Below, one piece after another: positions 1-15,200 of a DNA stretch of 64,000 nucleotides (the stretch's first letter is position 1; each line of letters opens with the position of its first letter). The translations under genes and the position numbers were made by a program. The stretch is from positions 1,055,890 through 1,119,889 of the forward strand of contig NMRA01000062.1 of NCBI GenBank assembly GCA_002633005.1. Reading direction: 5' to 3'. Source of the DNA: Phoronis australis. Its lineage: Eukaryota; Animalia; Phoronida. The notes below the pieces were generated by a model, which saw only the letters and a program-made list of their open reading frames with translations, did no database searches and was not told the origin of the DNA.

Positions 1-59
1 CTATTGTTACTGTCAATCGTCAACTTTAAAGCTAACGTCGAACCTTTCATTTCTTTAAG

Positions 60-284
60 GTTTTGGTCGTGGGGACCCTCATATTTGCACGTTGGACGGT
101 TCGTGTTACACCTTCAATGGTCAAGGTCAATACGATCTTGTGATTGATGCAACCTCCTACGGGTTCCAGCTACAAGGTCGCACAGGCAGAGCAGGCACCT
201 CAAGAGCTACAATATTCACGGCGTTTGCAGTCAAAGAGACGGAATCGGAAGCTGTACACATAGGGCTCTCATCCGATAGTAAAG
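60..284 (+). CDS. Mucin gene 1 exon: VWD N-terminus (FGRGDPHICTLDGSCYTFNGQGQY...)
   Basis: Acceptor tttaag|G at 59/60, donor aaag|gtacac. GDPH + TLDG + YTFNG is the VWD signature. Confidence 0.9.
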
Positions 285-3200
285 GTACACTTATATTCCA
301 TCAAACAAACAGTCTCTAGTAGATATATTACCAATTGTCAAGTTTATCTGGGTCAAATATGTGAGACATGACACACGATTTTTTTTCTTCCAGGCTTAGA
401 CGTTTATGTAAACAGTCAGAAGCAAGAAGGGCAGTTTGAAAATAAAGAGTTCACAAATCTGGAAGTTACCAAAACAAACACGTCAGCTACTGCTGTTTTT
501 GAGTCTGGTAAGTTTGATGAGTAACAGTTAAAGTGGCCGAGTTAGAGGGGGGCCATGCCCCCCTTCCTGAAATTCTCCCGGATTCCGTTTGGTAGTTTGG
601 GGGTGCGAATATGTGACGGGCAAAATCCTGGCTAATGATCTGTCTTGCCCTCCAACTCAAATTCTTGGATCCGCCCCGGGTTAAAACAGTCACACACAAT
701 TCCATATACAAGAATTGTTGCCTTTATTGACATGAACTCGTGTACTATCGTGAAGGGCAAGTGCACCACTGTCACCTTTTTTCATTAACTGCGTTTTATG
801 TCTTGTGTATAGAAGGTAGTCAGCCCTTAAGCTGTACGTTTATTTGTGGTTGACCTTTACGATGAAACGATGGTCTAATTTGTTAACCATATTTACGTTT
901 ATTCAAAACCACGGGAACTTAGTTGTAATTGGTGTCCTTTGCAACATCTTCTGAACGGCTCCACGGACACTATCAAGAAGGGAACAAGCGTGTTTGATAT
1001 TTACGTACTACTATTGAATATCCTAATACGCGGCACACTGGCATTTACCTGTTCATTGAAACACCTGTTCGCATGTTGGTTGCATTAAGTGCTGACTTTG
1101 TACGGAATTTTCCAAATTTAATCCAAACTGTTGAAGGTTGATTACCGTAAACAGAGCATTATTTTTGTTTTAAAGATTGGGATGGGAAAACGATGGTTAA
1201 TATCTGTAAAAATGACAAAACTAGGTTAATAGTATACTTTTCAAGGCCTCTCTCCTTGCAACCTGAATAGATTGAGAGTAGACAAGGAGTTTGCCAGGTA
1301 CGTGAAAGGGGATCCACGCGTTTACACAGATGTAGGTAACTGTTTCTGTGAGAAGCTTCTTTGTGTCACATGCAAAATCTTGTGAATATTTCAGGTTTCA
1401 TTGTGACCGTCACCGTCACCACAGGACTGTTGGATTTTGTCTTGGAGACGCCAGCTTCTTCCGTAAACATGACGGCTGGATTGTTGGGTATTTTGAACAG
1501 TGACACAAGCGACGACTTCTCGTACCGCAATGGAACGTTCATCAGTCCAAATTCAACAGAACGGGAAAAATACTACATGGGACAGTCGTGTAAGCCTTAG
1601 TTTGTGAAACCCATGAGTTGTTACTGAAATATTACACCAATTATCACTGATTTGTAAGTGTGTCTAAATGGAGGCTGAATTTATTTCAATAAGTTTAGCC
1701 AATAGTGGCACTTCCCTCCGCCATTGCAAATCAAACCTTGGCGGTGATGTGTCCTCATCCTCCATTACGCCGCAAGATTTCTGAAAATTACACTTAATCC
1801 TGGCCCAACTATCAGAGTCATGTTACTATGTGTATATTTCAAGTGTAAATGGATGGCTTTGGAGGCAGTTAAAGTCTTTAAATCCGTCTAGCAATCAGCA
1901 TACTTTGTTGCATCAAATCCAAACATAACTTGGTCAATCGTGTTTGATTTTCTCAGGGATGGTGGATGGTGTGGGTAACTTTCTGTATAACTCTGGAGAA
2001 ACTCCCCTAAGTTTTAAGAACGCCACCTTCATGCCGCTGTTCACGGACGAACTTAACATCACAGACGAGATGAGAGCAGCCTGTGGTTCCAGCGTGGAAT
2101 GCCTATTTGATTACGCTGCCACAGGTGATGAAATCCTCTCCCTGGGCACCAAAACCACAGCCGAAGAAAACCAAAAGGAACTGGAAGAGTTGGGTAGGTA
2201 TAGTTGTACAGCATGCCAAAAATCGCATGTCCAATGTCATTTTGGTGCAATAATGCATACATAAATAATCTACAACTTTGTTTTGACGCACCTGTCAACA
2301 GTTAAGACATACAGACGTACATGTATACATGTGTGTGTATGTGTATATTGTACATGATTGTATAATTAATCTAAACATCAACACGAGGCTGCAGCACGAG
2401 GAGGCATCTCCAGGTAACTAGACAAAGCTCCATAGACGCAAGAATCCCGCAAAAGAATCTAAAGTGATGTGTGCTTCATTTGCACTACATAACGATATGC
2501 CACGTGATCACTCGTCATTGGGAGGTTCTTGCGTTTATGGAACTTACACCAGTCCTGAAATGTTGAAACTAATATTCTTGCCAGTTATGAAACCATCACA
2601 AGTGATCCAAACGGATCGTGTTAACCAGAATTGTAATGTTAGAAAGGTGCCGTCACTCAATTCGCGAAAATATTACACGCTTGCATATATGTCGTCAAAA
2701 CAGCGTGTGCCTGTATCCACCGGAAGGCATGCGCCTGTACAAAGGACTCCCACCTTTCCCTATAAACGAAACGTAGACGCATACTCATACAAGCAAACAC
2801 TTGAGTGAACAGTTACATGTGAAAAAATGCATTATATTCATTATAGGCGAATGGGATAAAATGCGTGCAGATAGGGTTGAACTACAAAATGATCTTCTCT
2901 TGGGTGAAAATAGAAAATTTGTGTTCATGTACTAAATCTGGCAACGCATCATATTGGTTCGCTACTGAAAACTAAGTTTGTCTCATTCATTCGTTTGCTT
3001 CGTGGAAGTGGTGGCAGATTTACGGTGAAGCGGGGTTTTAGCTGAGCCATTTCTGGCGCTGTAGATTGTTGCCAAAACATGGGGCAACTGCTGTTAATGC
3101 TGAAAAGGCACCCGGGGACTTGAACTGTAGTCAGTACAACGTCATAAACGGTTGCTGTCCCATGAGGATTCAAAATCCGCTACTTCAGTTTTTTTTCATT

Positions 3201-6200
3201 TCAGCGGAGACGCCTCCTACAATATCTGGAACAACATACTTAACTGCAACCAATGGTAGCGCCATCACCTTCAACTTATCTTCGTCAGACGTCAACGGGG
3301 ACAACATCACACTCAGTGCCGTTGGTCTTCCTAGTGACCTCACTTTTGATCCAGTCACCAACACGAGCGTAGTTGATGTCGTCATTTCTTGGACTCCATC
3401 CACATGGACAAGTTCCACGCTGACGTATGTCGACGAACAATGTTAAACGTTTTGTAAATCCAATTGTATTGAATCTATCTCGGCTATATTTTCAATTGAC
3501 ATTCTAAACTGGGGCAAGGAAGCCATGTGGCATTTTAGCCACTGTCATGCATTTGGTTTGTTTAAGGTTCGGTAGTCTATCTATGGTTTCAGATGTTTGC
3601 TGAATTGCTTTCACCCGCATGCATTTTCGCCAAACCCTAGCTTCATGCTACTATAACGACCAAGGGTGTGTTTGTCATGTGCACGTAACATCTTCAAAGT
3701 AAAATTGTTGATGAATATTATAGGTTCATGGCCACCGACAGTACCAATCGAACCTCCTCAACTCATATTGTTGCTGTCAGTTTGTCTCCTGCCTGTCAAA
3801 ATGGCGCAACACCAGACTTCAAACCTCAAAGTCAACTTGCTGTCTCCACCAGTCAGTCGATCATTTTGACCACCTGTCAGTGTTCAACTGGTTGGGAAGG
3901 TATTGCTTTCACTGTACTTGATATGAAGACGTCACATTATAACTCATTTTTCCTACAACCCTATCACCAGTGCTTTTGTTAACTTGGTTATTTAAAGGAA
4001 TTTTAGAATATAAGAAGCTGCCATTTTCTGAAACGCTTATCTGCAATTTCTACTTGAAAGACATTTGAAATGTCTAAATGAAACCAAAACATAGAGATCG
4101 TGTCGAAGGTTCTACACAGCATGTTGATTTTCCAGGCGACGACTGCAGTAAAGACATAGACGGATGTGCTGACTCCCCATGTGAATCGTCAGGAACCAAT
4201 TGCACAGACATGACTCCTGCTCAGGAACAAGCACTCAATGTATCCTTCGAATGTGGACCTTGTCCTGCCGGCTTTGAAAAGATCGAGGGCGATTGCACAG
4301 GTAAGACCATTGTGTTTCCCGCAACATAGCTGTCTTTTAAGACGCGCTGTTCAAATGAAAATCCCAAATGCTGTGTGCTGTGTAGGTAGTTGCAAAACTC
4401 ATTTAGGAAATGCACTTGCAAATGCTTCAATTTTGCCTCGGATTTTGTCGAAAAATTTAGATTTCGTAACGTTTACAACTCACCATATTATGCTGTTTCG
4501 GCACTATGTAGATCATATCTAGTGTAAAGTACGTCTCAAAGGTATTTAGCTTGATTTTGCTGCTAAACGCAAATTCAATTTTGGTCATATTGCTTTGATT
4601 AAGTTCAATTCTGGTCATATTGCTTTGATTTCAGTCATGTTGAGATGAAATGTATAGTTACTTTTAGGAAAATATCGTATTCATGTGCATTACGTGTGTT
4701 TGAAGATAATCTGTGTGATTTTAGAAGTATAATTTCTGAGCAACCATGACTCTCAATTTATATATCGAATTGTGTTCATTATGTTGTTTTTGGAATTGTA
4801 GACTTGGACGAGTGTGAAAACAGTTCTTTAAACCTGTGTCAACAGACATGTTTGAACAAAGACAACGGGCAAGGATACGAGTGCGCCTGCAACAGTGGTT
4901 ACGCTCTGGATGGATTGTATAATTGTACAGGTGGGTACTGTGTCTCGGCTTAACAGATATTGTGTGTTCTTCCCAAATTTGTGTACGACTGGTATTTTTG
5001 TTCCACTAATCTGTCCGCCCTTGTCAGGAAATAAAAGTTCCATTGTGGAAACATTTCAAACTGCTATAAAGCCCCACTGCTCCATTGTACGAACTTTGTC
5101 GATCGTGATTCATTTCAGACATCAATGAGTGTCAGCGGGGTGACATCTGCGGTCAAGTTTGCGTCAACACGGAGGGCACTTACCGATGCGAATGTTATCC
5201 AGGATACGAGCTTTCCAACAACAACAAAACATGCTCGCTTCAAAATGGTAAGCAGTTGGTTATAAATGAACCATTAAATTTTTTTCATAGAAGATACCAT
5301 GTCTGAGGCATCTTCATTTTTGTTTCCTTATAGTCTTTCTGCTTCTTAAATCTTGTTGCATACTGTCTGCTTTTCAGAGATTGGGCATGTTTTACAGTAA
5401 ATCTCAGTCGCAACATATTTCAGTAGGCTACTATCATTGGACTTAGTCCAAGTTGTAACGTTCATAATCTGATCCTAAGTGCTATTTAAATCCCTGTTGT
5501 TAGTGATATTGACATTATAATTTCCATATCGGGAGACTTCATGAACCAATGCCTAGACTTGAATGTTTTTTATGCAGCCACGTAACTTTGCGGGTACACG
5601 TTAGTTATAACCTCTGTCCAGCCTCCAGCTGCTGTATCTCCCAAACTCCATATCGCATCTTGATGAAGCATACATGTTCCTGTGAAGCCGACAGCCGATG
5701 ATAACACGTTTCGGACCGAGCCGATCCCTGTTGTACCCCTAGTGTCATTTTTATGTTTACCCATGCATCTCCGGAGTTTCTGAGACAGTTTTTCACAGAA
5801 CTCGGCGAATGGGTTTCTTAATAGGCGTTGACCGTGACTTGTCATTTTCAGACAGATGTTTTCTGCTTCCACTTGTGTCCATTTTTTATTTTGATTCCGT
5901 TTTCTATATCCGCCAAACCATTGAAGGATTGTTTTGAAAATCGGTATGTGTTCCTGCATCGAAAATCAAAGCTGCCATTCAGTTTTCGACTGGTCAGTTT
6001 ACTGTGGCGCCCTGTAATTCCACTGATTTTATTGGTTGCATCCTTGCTGTATCTCCTTTACAATTTGCAGGATCTTACAAGTCTTGTTTATGATAGTGGC
6101 AATGAATGACTACGAATTTTGTACAGGAATGACAACCGCATCGCCTATAATGGCAGTTTTATGTTTTTACGCTTGCGTTTGCTCCTTTGGAGTTCCTTGA

Positions 6201-9200
6201 CGTATTTTTATAAAGTTTGGGAAATGTTTTTCAATTCAGAGACAACAAAGTTTTTCTTATGAGTTGGAGTGAAGAGAAATACTTTTATCTGGCGAATCCG
6301 ACTGCCATTGTGACACCTGGTGGCAATGCATTTTTTACGTTCGTCTCTGGACGCATTCCCATTTTGGAATATTCTGCTCCATCTATTGGCCATAATCAAA
6401 GAACGGTTATGTTAAGATACTAATAAACTCCTCTAGACCCATGCCATTGGCGGTACAGTTCAATGCCTTAGTTGTACTGCTCTTGTTTAGTTTAAACTCA
6501 ATACTTAAACGTATTGAAGCGTATGACGGAAAATAACTTATTGATATTAGGAGATGTTAAGTGGAATGTGTCATCTCTAATGGTACAGTTGTTATTTTTT
6601 TTAAAGTAATTAGACTTGTTTGGGACCTGATATTCATGTGCTTGTCATGAATGCAAGAGTTGTCAAACTTCAACATGCTAGTTAGTGCTAATGGGTAGTT
6701 TCTTAATTATGTACTTGCAGGCACTGACCTTTGTTCTGCCAATGATCGAAAGTGTTCTCATTTCTGCATTTTTAATGCAACAACGGCAAATTATACCTGC
6801 GGCTGTCCTCTTGGGTACGAACTCTCCGACCTGGAGAACTGCACAGGTAAGGGTCAAATAGCAACGCTTGACAGGTAAAAACAGAAAATCTCCTACGTCG
6901 GATTCAACATCGGCTATCCAATTACAGTAAGTTCAAATGTCTTCGTTGATAATTTCCTCAACTTACTGATTTCATTTTTGTTACAAAAGCTCTCAGGAAA
7001 TTAATTCAATGTTGTCACAAATGCACTCCCAAACGAGGGCCTGTCTCAGAAAATAAAGCAATCTAAATGGATTCCGAATAGCCACGTTGTTTTAGAATGT
7101 ACAGTTTGTCTGCATTTCTACCAATCGATTCACACGTAATTCAGTGTATTAAACGTAAAAAAATGGATATTTCATTGCTAATTCGTAACCGGGTACTCCA
7201 TGTTCTTGAATTGTACAGGGACTCTAATGTAAACTATCTGCATTTCACAGATATCAACGAGTGTAAGAATGCTGCGTCCTACTGTCAACAACCTCACCAC
7301 TGTGTAAATACAGAGGGCGGATACAAGTGTGGCTGTGATGACGGATACTCTTTGGCATCTGATGAGCGCACATGCACTGGTGAGTATTTCCAGAAACTGT
7401 TTGTAGGCATCAGCCTTAATTTGTTACGTGTCATTTGAAGACTGTTGTCATTGTCTGGAGTCTATGGCGTTATTGCCGATTTCTTGTTTCATAGATGTGG
7501 TGAACAGTACGGCGCGTTCAGAATAATATACAATAATAGCTAACATTGTTTTTTTCCTTCTTTAAAAATTGCTCAGTGTAAAATTGATAAACCTTATTGT
7601 AGAGATCTGCGAGTGGCGTTAACATTTAAACTGGGATTGATATAAACAATTAAATGGTCAAAAATACGAGAGGCAAAGTAAAATAGGAGTAGAATATTGA
7701 CCCCGTTGGCATCACTCGCATGGGCGCCGAGGAGATGTTCGGCATTTTAGAAGATCAAATCCAGAAATACCAGGGCAAATATGCCATCACTCGTATTTCG
7801 AGCGGACATTTTCGCCTGTGTCCACTAAAATTAGGTAGTTCGGGTTAGAGTTCAGTAACGCTACGACCTGCAGGTCACAACACTTCATTTGACTCAAGGT
7901 TGAGGAACGTTCAATAACTCACTAGAAAAGCAATATCTCACAGGACTCCGCGAGATATCGAGGTATATTTTCAATGAGAGCATTATACCTTTGGCTAGAT
8001 TTTTCTGGTCGCGAGACAGTTATTAAATTCGACCCTGGTTTTAACAAGCAGTTGACTCCCAGTATTTTCACTAGTGTGTTGAAATACCATTGATGCCTCA
8101 CTATGATGACATTAGGCAAATCTTGCCTTAACATGTTTTGCACGCAAGTAGATGCGGAAGCGTGCACTGTTTAACCCGGTGTATCCATCGAAGTCCTCGG
8201 CACATGAAAGGCTTGATGGCCACGTCATGGATAGAAGTGAGCTACTTGTTATTCATGGGCTTGCTGGATGAGATACGTGTACATGTAATTGTGGTCGTAA
8301 ACCAACACGTCTGTTAAGCGTATGAGTTTCAAAGTTAAAAAAACGAAAACTAAGTAAGGTAAACTACCTACTGAAAACGACTGTTATTTAAAACTGAAAA
8401 GTAAATGGCCGTCTTTGAATTTTTAAAATCGACGCATATTTTAAACTGCATCTACTTTAAAAAGAAATTAGCGAATAAGCTTTCCTCAGAAATGCGACTA
8501 AGCCACCAACATTACTTAGTAAATCGATTAAGACGGATTATTCACTCTCTGGCCTAGGCTCGCTTAGGCATTGGGGTAACAAAACCCCAAATTTTAGCCT
8601 GGGATTCATCTCATGGCTGTTCTGGCCTTTTTATATAGCCTCATTTTGTTTCTGAGGATGACGTTACCAGGATACATTGAAACGTATGACGTATTAAACA
8701 GCTCGTCCTTTCCTTATCATTATAACGTACTTGCCTTCACTGAAAGCATTTACTTTAATTTGTTCCCGTTTTCTAACCATTCCTCCTTTGGATAAAACGC
8801 ACAAGGCTGCTGTTTGCTGGCATGGAGTGTTCCGTCCACCATTATGCTTTCTATTATACCTTACTTGTTCAGTGTTGCGCTGTGACTTGTAATCCTGACT
8901 CGAGGGAATTTTGCAAGCTGGATGGCGAACTGTGCTGTCCTTGTCGACAACTTAACTGGGCCTGTGTTATTGACCGAACTTTTCCAGCACGTAGTGTTCT
9001 CTTTGTTAGGGATAACACTGTTGACAACGAGATTGACATCATGAAATGGATCACATTATATAGAAATTATTACTTCCAGCTTGCGACCAATTGCATTGGG
9101 GTCCCAACTGTAACAACACATGCGACTGTGGCGCAAGAGCTCTTGCCTGTAATGCTACGATAGGCTGCACGGACTGCGTAGCTGGTTGGACAGGTGTACA

Positions 9201-12200
9201 ATGCAATGAAGACGTGGACGAATGTCAACAGTTACCCAGTGTTTGTTCCCAGATCTCAGAGTACTGCCTCAACAAAAATGGGTCGTATTCCTGCATGTGT
9301 AATTCTGGCTTCGTTCGAACTAACGCCACCTGGTGTGAGGGTAAGTAAATGCACATCCACTCGTAAGTAAGTGTAGAGGGTCGCGTTTTCGGTTTCTTTA
9401 TAGTTTGTAACTTGAGATCCCCGGCGTTACTCAAGCATTACGACTGGACCAACATTGCTGTATTTCATGTAACTTGTAACAAGTAGACCCACCTGGAAAA
9501 TCATTATTTTTGTTTTCAGACCTTGATGAATGCGCGACTGGAGATAATACGTGTAACTCGAACGCAGCGTGCACTAACACCCCCGGTAGCTATAACTGCA
9601 CGTGCCGCGAAGGATATGAGGGGAACGGCACCGTTTGCTCAGATGTCAATGAATGTGATTTTGTGTCGTCATGTCACCCAAATGCCACGTGTATGAACAC
9701 GGACGGTAGCTACAAATGTCAATGCATAACAGGGTTATCAGGTGACGGAGTTACCGATTGCTTTCCCTTCGATGTGAGTATACCATCATACTATTATTGT
9801 TATATGGGAATGTGGTAATTGCTTGACGTTGTCAGAAAACTTGGTTGATTTGCTTTGCATTCATTCTCATTTGCAGCCTGGCTGTCTGTCTTTTTGCAAA
9901 CGGCACTTGTCCAACTTATATTTTATGCACTTTTGCAGACGAGTAGACTTTTTGGTATATGCTATTATGTTTACTTGACTACCTTGGAATATGCACATTT
10001 TGTTTCATATGATTTTACGTACGGTGCTGCTCCTAGTGGTCGTTATTATTTTACGTCTGTTAATTATCGCCGGCCTCTATTTCTGTAAAACTGTTGATAA
10101 AATGTGGCATGTGTGAGCCTGTGTGCGCGCGTGTGTGTGCGCGCGTGTGTGTGCGCCTGTGTCTGTGTATGTGTATGTGTGTGTGCGTGTGTGTGTGTGT
10201 GTGTGTTACCCTATTGAAGAAACCACTGCTGTCATGGTTTCATCCCATGGAGGCTTTGTAAAGTTTTTTAGTATTACTTTATCTAGGGGGATTGTTTAAA
10301 ATATTGATCACCCCTTGTATGTATGCTGTATACTATGTTTCAGGGTGGGCGCATATATTCGCCCGCGTCGCTCTTCTACAAAAACAAGTGGGTTAAATCA
10401 AAAGATGTCCTTACCGTAGCCATGAATTTGTTTCGTCTGAATGCACGTATTCGCATTGGTACGAAGTAACTAAAATGTGACTCTAATTTTGCAGGAATGT
10501 GCATTCAAACTCGATAACTGCAGCTCCGAGGCCACGTGCACAGATTTACCAATTCTTTACACCTGCAACTGCATTACCGGCTTTATTGGCGATGGAACTT
10601 CTTGCTTGGATATTGATGAATGCGCCTCAAACATCACTAATTGTCACTCAAACGCAATCTGTTCGAATAACAGAGGGAGTTACTCGTGTTCATGCACGAG
10701 TGGTTACCTAGGAGACGGCCTAAACTGCACTGATGTTGACGAATGCGCAAATTCGATGCACAATTGCCATGCTAATGCCACTTGTTCAAATACAGACGGG
10801 GGCTATTCATGCACGTGTAACCAAGGTTACCACGGAGACGGCGTAGGCTGCATTGATATTGACGAATGCGCAAATGCGACACACAATTGTCATCCTAACG
10901 CTACATGTGACAATACTCCTGGTGGATTTGTGTGTACTTGTGATGTAGGTTACCAAGGTAATGGTGTGAACTGCTCTGATGTCAATGAATGCGCCCTTGG
11001 TACTGACAATTGCCATGCTAATGCTACCTGTGCTAACACAGATGGGGGATTCAATTGTACTTGTTATGGAGGTTTCCAGGGAAATGGTATCAACTGTACT
11101 ATGTCATATTCAACGCAACAAGTATCTCCAACCTCATCGTCATTCATTTCCTTAACACAAACAGTGGCCTCTTCGCAGTATTTCTCATCAAGTGCATCGT
11201 CACCCACTGATCAACTCCTGTCAACTATTGGTGCCTCGTCTCCATCAACTTCTGAGCAATCATCTTTAAGAGTAGAAACATCTACTTCTCAACGCCTTTC
11301 GGCAAGTGTGGACTCATCTCAAGTGTCGGAGAGTATATATGCATCTGTTTCTCAACAACATTCGACGAGTGTAGAGCCATCCACTTCTCAACAATCGTCT
11401 TTAAGTGTAGATTCATCTACTTCTCAGCAAGTGTCGATAAGTATAGCTACATCTACTTCTCAACAACCTTTGCCAAGTGTAGATTCATCTACTTCTCAAC
11501 AACAGTCGACGAGTGTAGATGCCTCTTCTTCTGAACAACCGTTGGCAAGTTTAGACTCATCTACTTCTCAACAATTGTCGACAAGTGTAGACACTTCTAC
11601 TTCTCAACAACCTTCAACAAGTGTAGACCCATCTACTCCTCAGCAAGTGTCTACGAGTGTGGAAGCATTTACTTCTCAACAGCCGTCGACGAGTGTCGAT
11701 GCAACTACTTCTCAACAACCGTCTATGAGTATAGAGGCATCTCCTTCTCAACAAGCTTCAACAAGTGTAGATCCATCTACATCTCAACAAATGTCAACGA
11801 GTGTTGATGCATCTGCTACTCAGCCATCGTCAACAAGTGTAGACCCGTCTACTTCTCAACAACCTTCTACAAGTGTAGAGCTCACTACTTCTCAACAACC
11901 ATCTACGAGTAAAGGTGCATCTACTTCTCAACCATTGTCGACAGGTGTCGATCCATCCACTTCTCAACAACCGTCGACAAGTGCAGATGCATCTACTTCT
12001 CAACAACCTTCAACAAGTGTAGACCCATCTACTCCTCAGCAAGTGTCTACGAGTGTGGAAGCATTTACTTCTCAACAGCCGTCGACGAGTGTCGATGCAA
12101 CCACTTCTCAACAGTTCTCGGCAAGTGTAGACCCATCTACTTCTCAACATGTGTCGACAACTGTACACTCATCTACTTCTCAACAACTGTCTTCAAGCGT

Positions 12201-15200
12201 AGATGCTTCTATTTCTCAAACACCAGCAACAAGTGTGGAACCATCTACTTCTCAGCAACCTTCTACAAGTGTAGACCTTTCTAGTTCTCAACAAATGTCG
12301 ATCGGTCTGGATGCATCTACTTCTCAACAACTTTCTACACGTGTAGGCGCTTCTTCTTCTCAAGAAATGTCAACGAGTGCAGATGCATCTGCTTCTGAAC
12401 CACCGTCGACAAGTGTAGACCCGTCTACTTCTCAACGATCTTCCACAAGTGTAGAATCAACTACTTCTCAACAACCGTCTATGAGTATAGAGGCATCTCC
12501 TTCTCAACAAGCTTCAACAAGTGTAGATCCATCTACATCTCAACAAATGTCAACGAGTGTTGATGCATCTGCTACTGAGCCATCGTCAACAAGTGTAGAC
12601 CCGTCTACTTCTCAACAACCTTCTACAAGTGTAGAGCTCACTACTTCTCAACAACCATCTACGAGTATAGGTGCATCTACTTCTCAACCATTGTCGACAG
12701 GTGTAGATCCATCCACTTCTCAACAACCGTCGACAAGTGCAGATGCATCTACTTCTCAACAACTATCGACGAGTGTAGATGCATCTGCTACTGAGCCATC
12801 GTCGACAAGTGAAGACCCGTCTACTTCTCAACAACCTTCTACAAGTGTAGAGCTCACTACTTCTCAACATCCATCTACGAGTATAGTTGCATCTCTTTCT
12901 CAACAACCGGCAACAAGTGTAGACCCTTCCGCTACTCATCAAACATCGACGAGTGTAGACTCATCTGCTTCTCAACAACTGTCGACGAGTGTAGTGTCAT
13001 TTACATCTCAACTACCTCCGACTAGCGTTGTATCTACTTCTCAACAACCGTCAATGAGTGTAGATCCGTCTACTTCTCAACAGCTGTTGTCCAGTGCAGA
13101 CGAATCTACTTCTCATTATTCTTCTACAAGTATGGAACCAACTACTTCTCAGCAACCGTCGACGAGTGTAGATGCCACAACTTCTGAACTGCCGTCGACG
13201 ACTGTAGATTCGTCTACTTCTCAACAAATTTCAACGAGTGTAGGTGCATCTGCTTCTGAGCCATCGTCGACAAGTGTAGACCCGTCTACTTCTCAACAAC
13301 CTTCTACAAGTGTAAAGCTCACTACTTCTCAACAACCGTCTACGAGCATAGATGCATCTCCTCAACAAGTGTCGACCAGTGTAGTTGCATCTACTTCTCA
13401 ACAACCGTCGACAAGTGCAGATGCATCTACTTCTCAACAAATGTCGACAAGCGTAGACTCATCTACTTCTCAACAACTGCTGACCAGTGTAGACGAATCT
13501 ACTTCTCAACATTCTTCTACAAGTATCGAACCAACTGCTTCTCCACAACCGTCAACGAGTGTAGATGCAACGACTTCTGAACAGCCGTCGACGACTACAG
13601 ATCTATCTACTTCTCCACACGTGTCAACGAGTGCAGATGCAGCATCTACTTCTCAACAACTTTCGACAAGCGTTGACCCTTCTTCTTCTCAACAATTGTC
13701 GACGGATCTGGATGCATCTACTTCGCAACAACCGTCGACAAGTGTCACTCCATCTATCACTCAATATTCATCGACGAGTGCGTCTTCCTCCGCTTCAGCA
13801 AGTGTTGTCTCATCTTCTCCTATACTGTCGTCGTCGGAATCGGAACTTTTTTCGTCCCAGCAATCCATGACCACGGAAGCATTTCATTCCTCTCAACTAC
13901 CGCAAACGACAACTTCAATCTATGTTACTACGCCTGATATATTAGGTAAGCAACAGGTTTTACTTAATCTTACCCTTCGAAAACCAATAACAGCTATTGT
14001 GAGAGACTCCAGCTTGCCTGTGTGTTGCTGTTATTTTTGACACAAAAGGAGATAGCAACCTTTCTGATTGCGTGAACATCTGCTGTAAATTGAGTTTCTC
14101 CGAAACGTTATGCTCAACATTGCTGCCAGGTGTAGGGCAATGTAAATTGTAGCCGTTTTGTGAAGATTTCAGTTTGTCGTTCTTCGCACCCATTGGATTG
14201 AAGCATTTTTAACCTTTCTTGGTACAAATTGACATGTGCTTTGTATTTGTGTGCAAAGTAGACACAGAACTGATAAAGTATCATCAGAGTTGTGTAGGCA
14301 GTATCTTATCTTTTGTTTGGGTTAACAAAAATACTTTCAGAGGAAAATATGAAACCGACTGAGAGCGGCAAATGTGTTAACTTTCTTACTCTGAGTGCTG
14401 CATTGATGACTATGTAGTTATGACGATTACTTTCTTTCTGGTCGTCTTGAGCGTAGCCACCCAACATGTTTGCTGTTACAGTTAACATCACAACGATTGA
14501 AACTGAAGTAAAGCTGCTTGGTCTAGACTTTCAAGACATTTATGAAAACATGTCCAATCCGGATACAGCAGATTTCGTGGCCGTACTCAAGGCTGCTGTG
14601 AGTATTTCGGTGTTTTATCTGCTTCTGTGCTTGACACTCCGTGCTCAGTGATAACACGGAATTGTTTAATTGTCTGAGTGACATCCAGGAAGTGATTTAC
14701 TTAGTGTACACATTAAATATTCTTCGCATAACGCGATGAGCCTGCATCATCTTTTACATCAAATGCGCCATCTAATGTCAATTTTATGGTACTAATAAAT
14801 ACCCCTGAAAGTACACTGTTTGCGCTCTTGTTTCCTTTAAGGAAAACATTAAGTTTTTCCTCCAGTCTGGAAATTCTCCTTGTCCCGTTGAGATTGTCCT
14901 TTACATTTTCCTTAAGTTTAAGACAGCTCTTCGCTTTTCTTCAATATTTAAAGAAAATTTTGAGTCAGTGACAGTCTTGTGGCGCACTGGTGAAAATTTC
15001 CGATTTAGTTTTTCTTCCAAATTCTGAATTACATAGTAGGTACGTTTTGGATCAGCAGCCTTTGGAAAACCCAGTTTGCGTTACAATTCTTGCATAGTTG
15101 ACCAGACGTTGGTCAAGTGACATTTTAAGTGAAAAGTCCAAGGCCTAACTCGAATGGCTTACTACAACTCCACTGGATTAATGACCCATAATCTACTGTA

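Noticed and set aside
5570-5959. 129-aa minus-strand ORF in an intron
   Set aside because: No recognisable motif; possibly decayed repeat but cannot be supported.
8822-9060. Cys-rich ORF (CCAVTCNPDSREFCKLDGELCCPC) in an intron of gene 1
   Set aside because: Not EGF spacing, no convincing donor, and flanking exons already join in phase.
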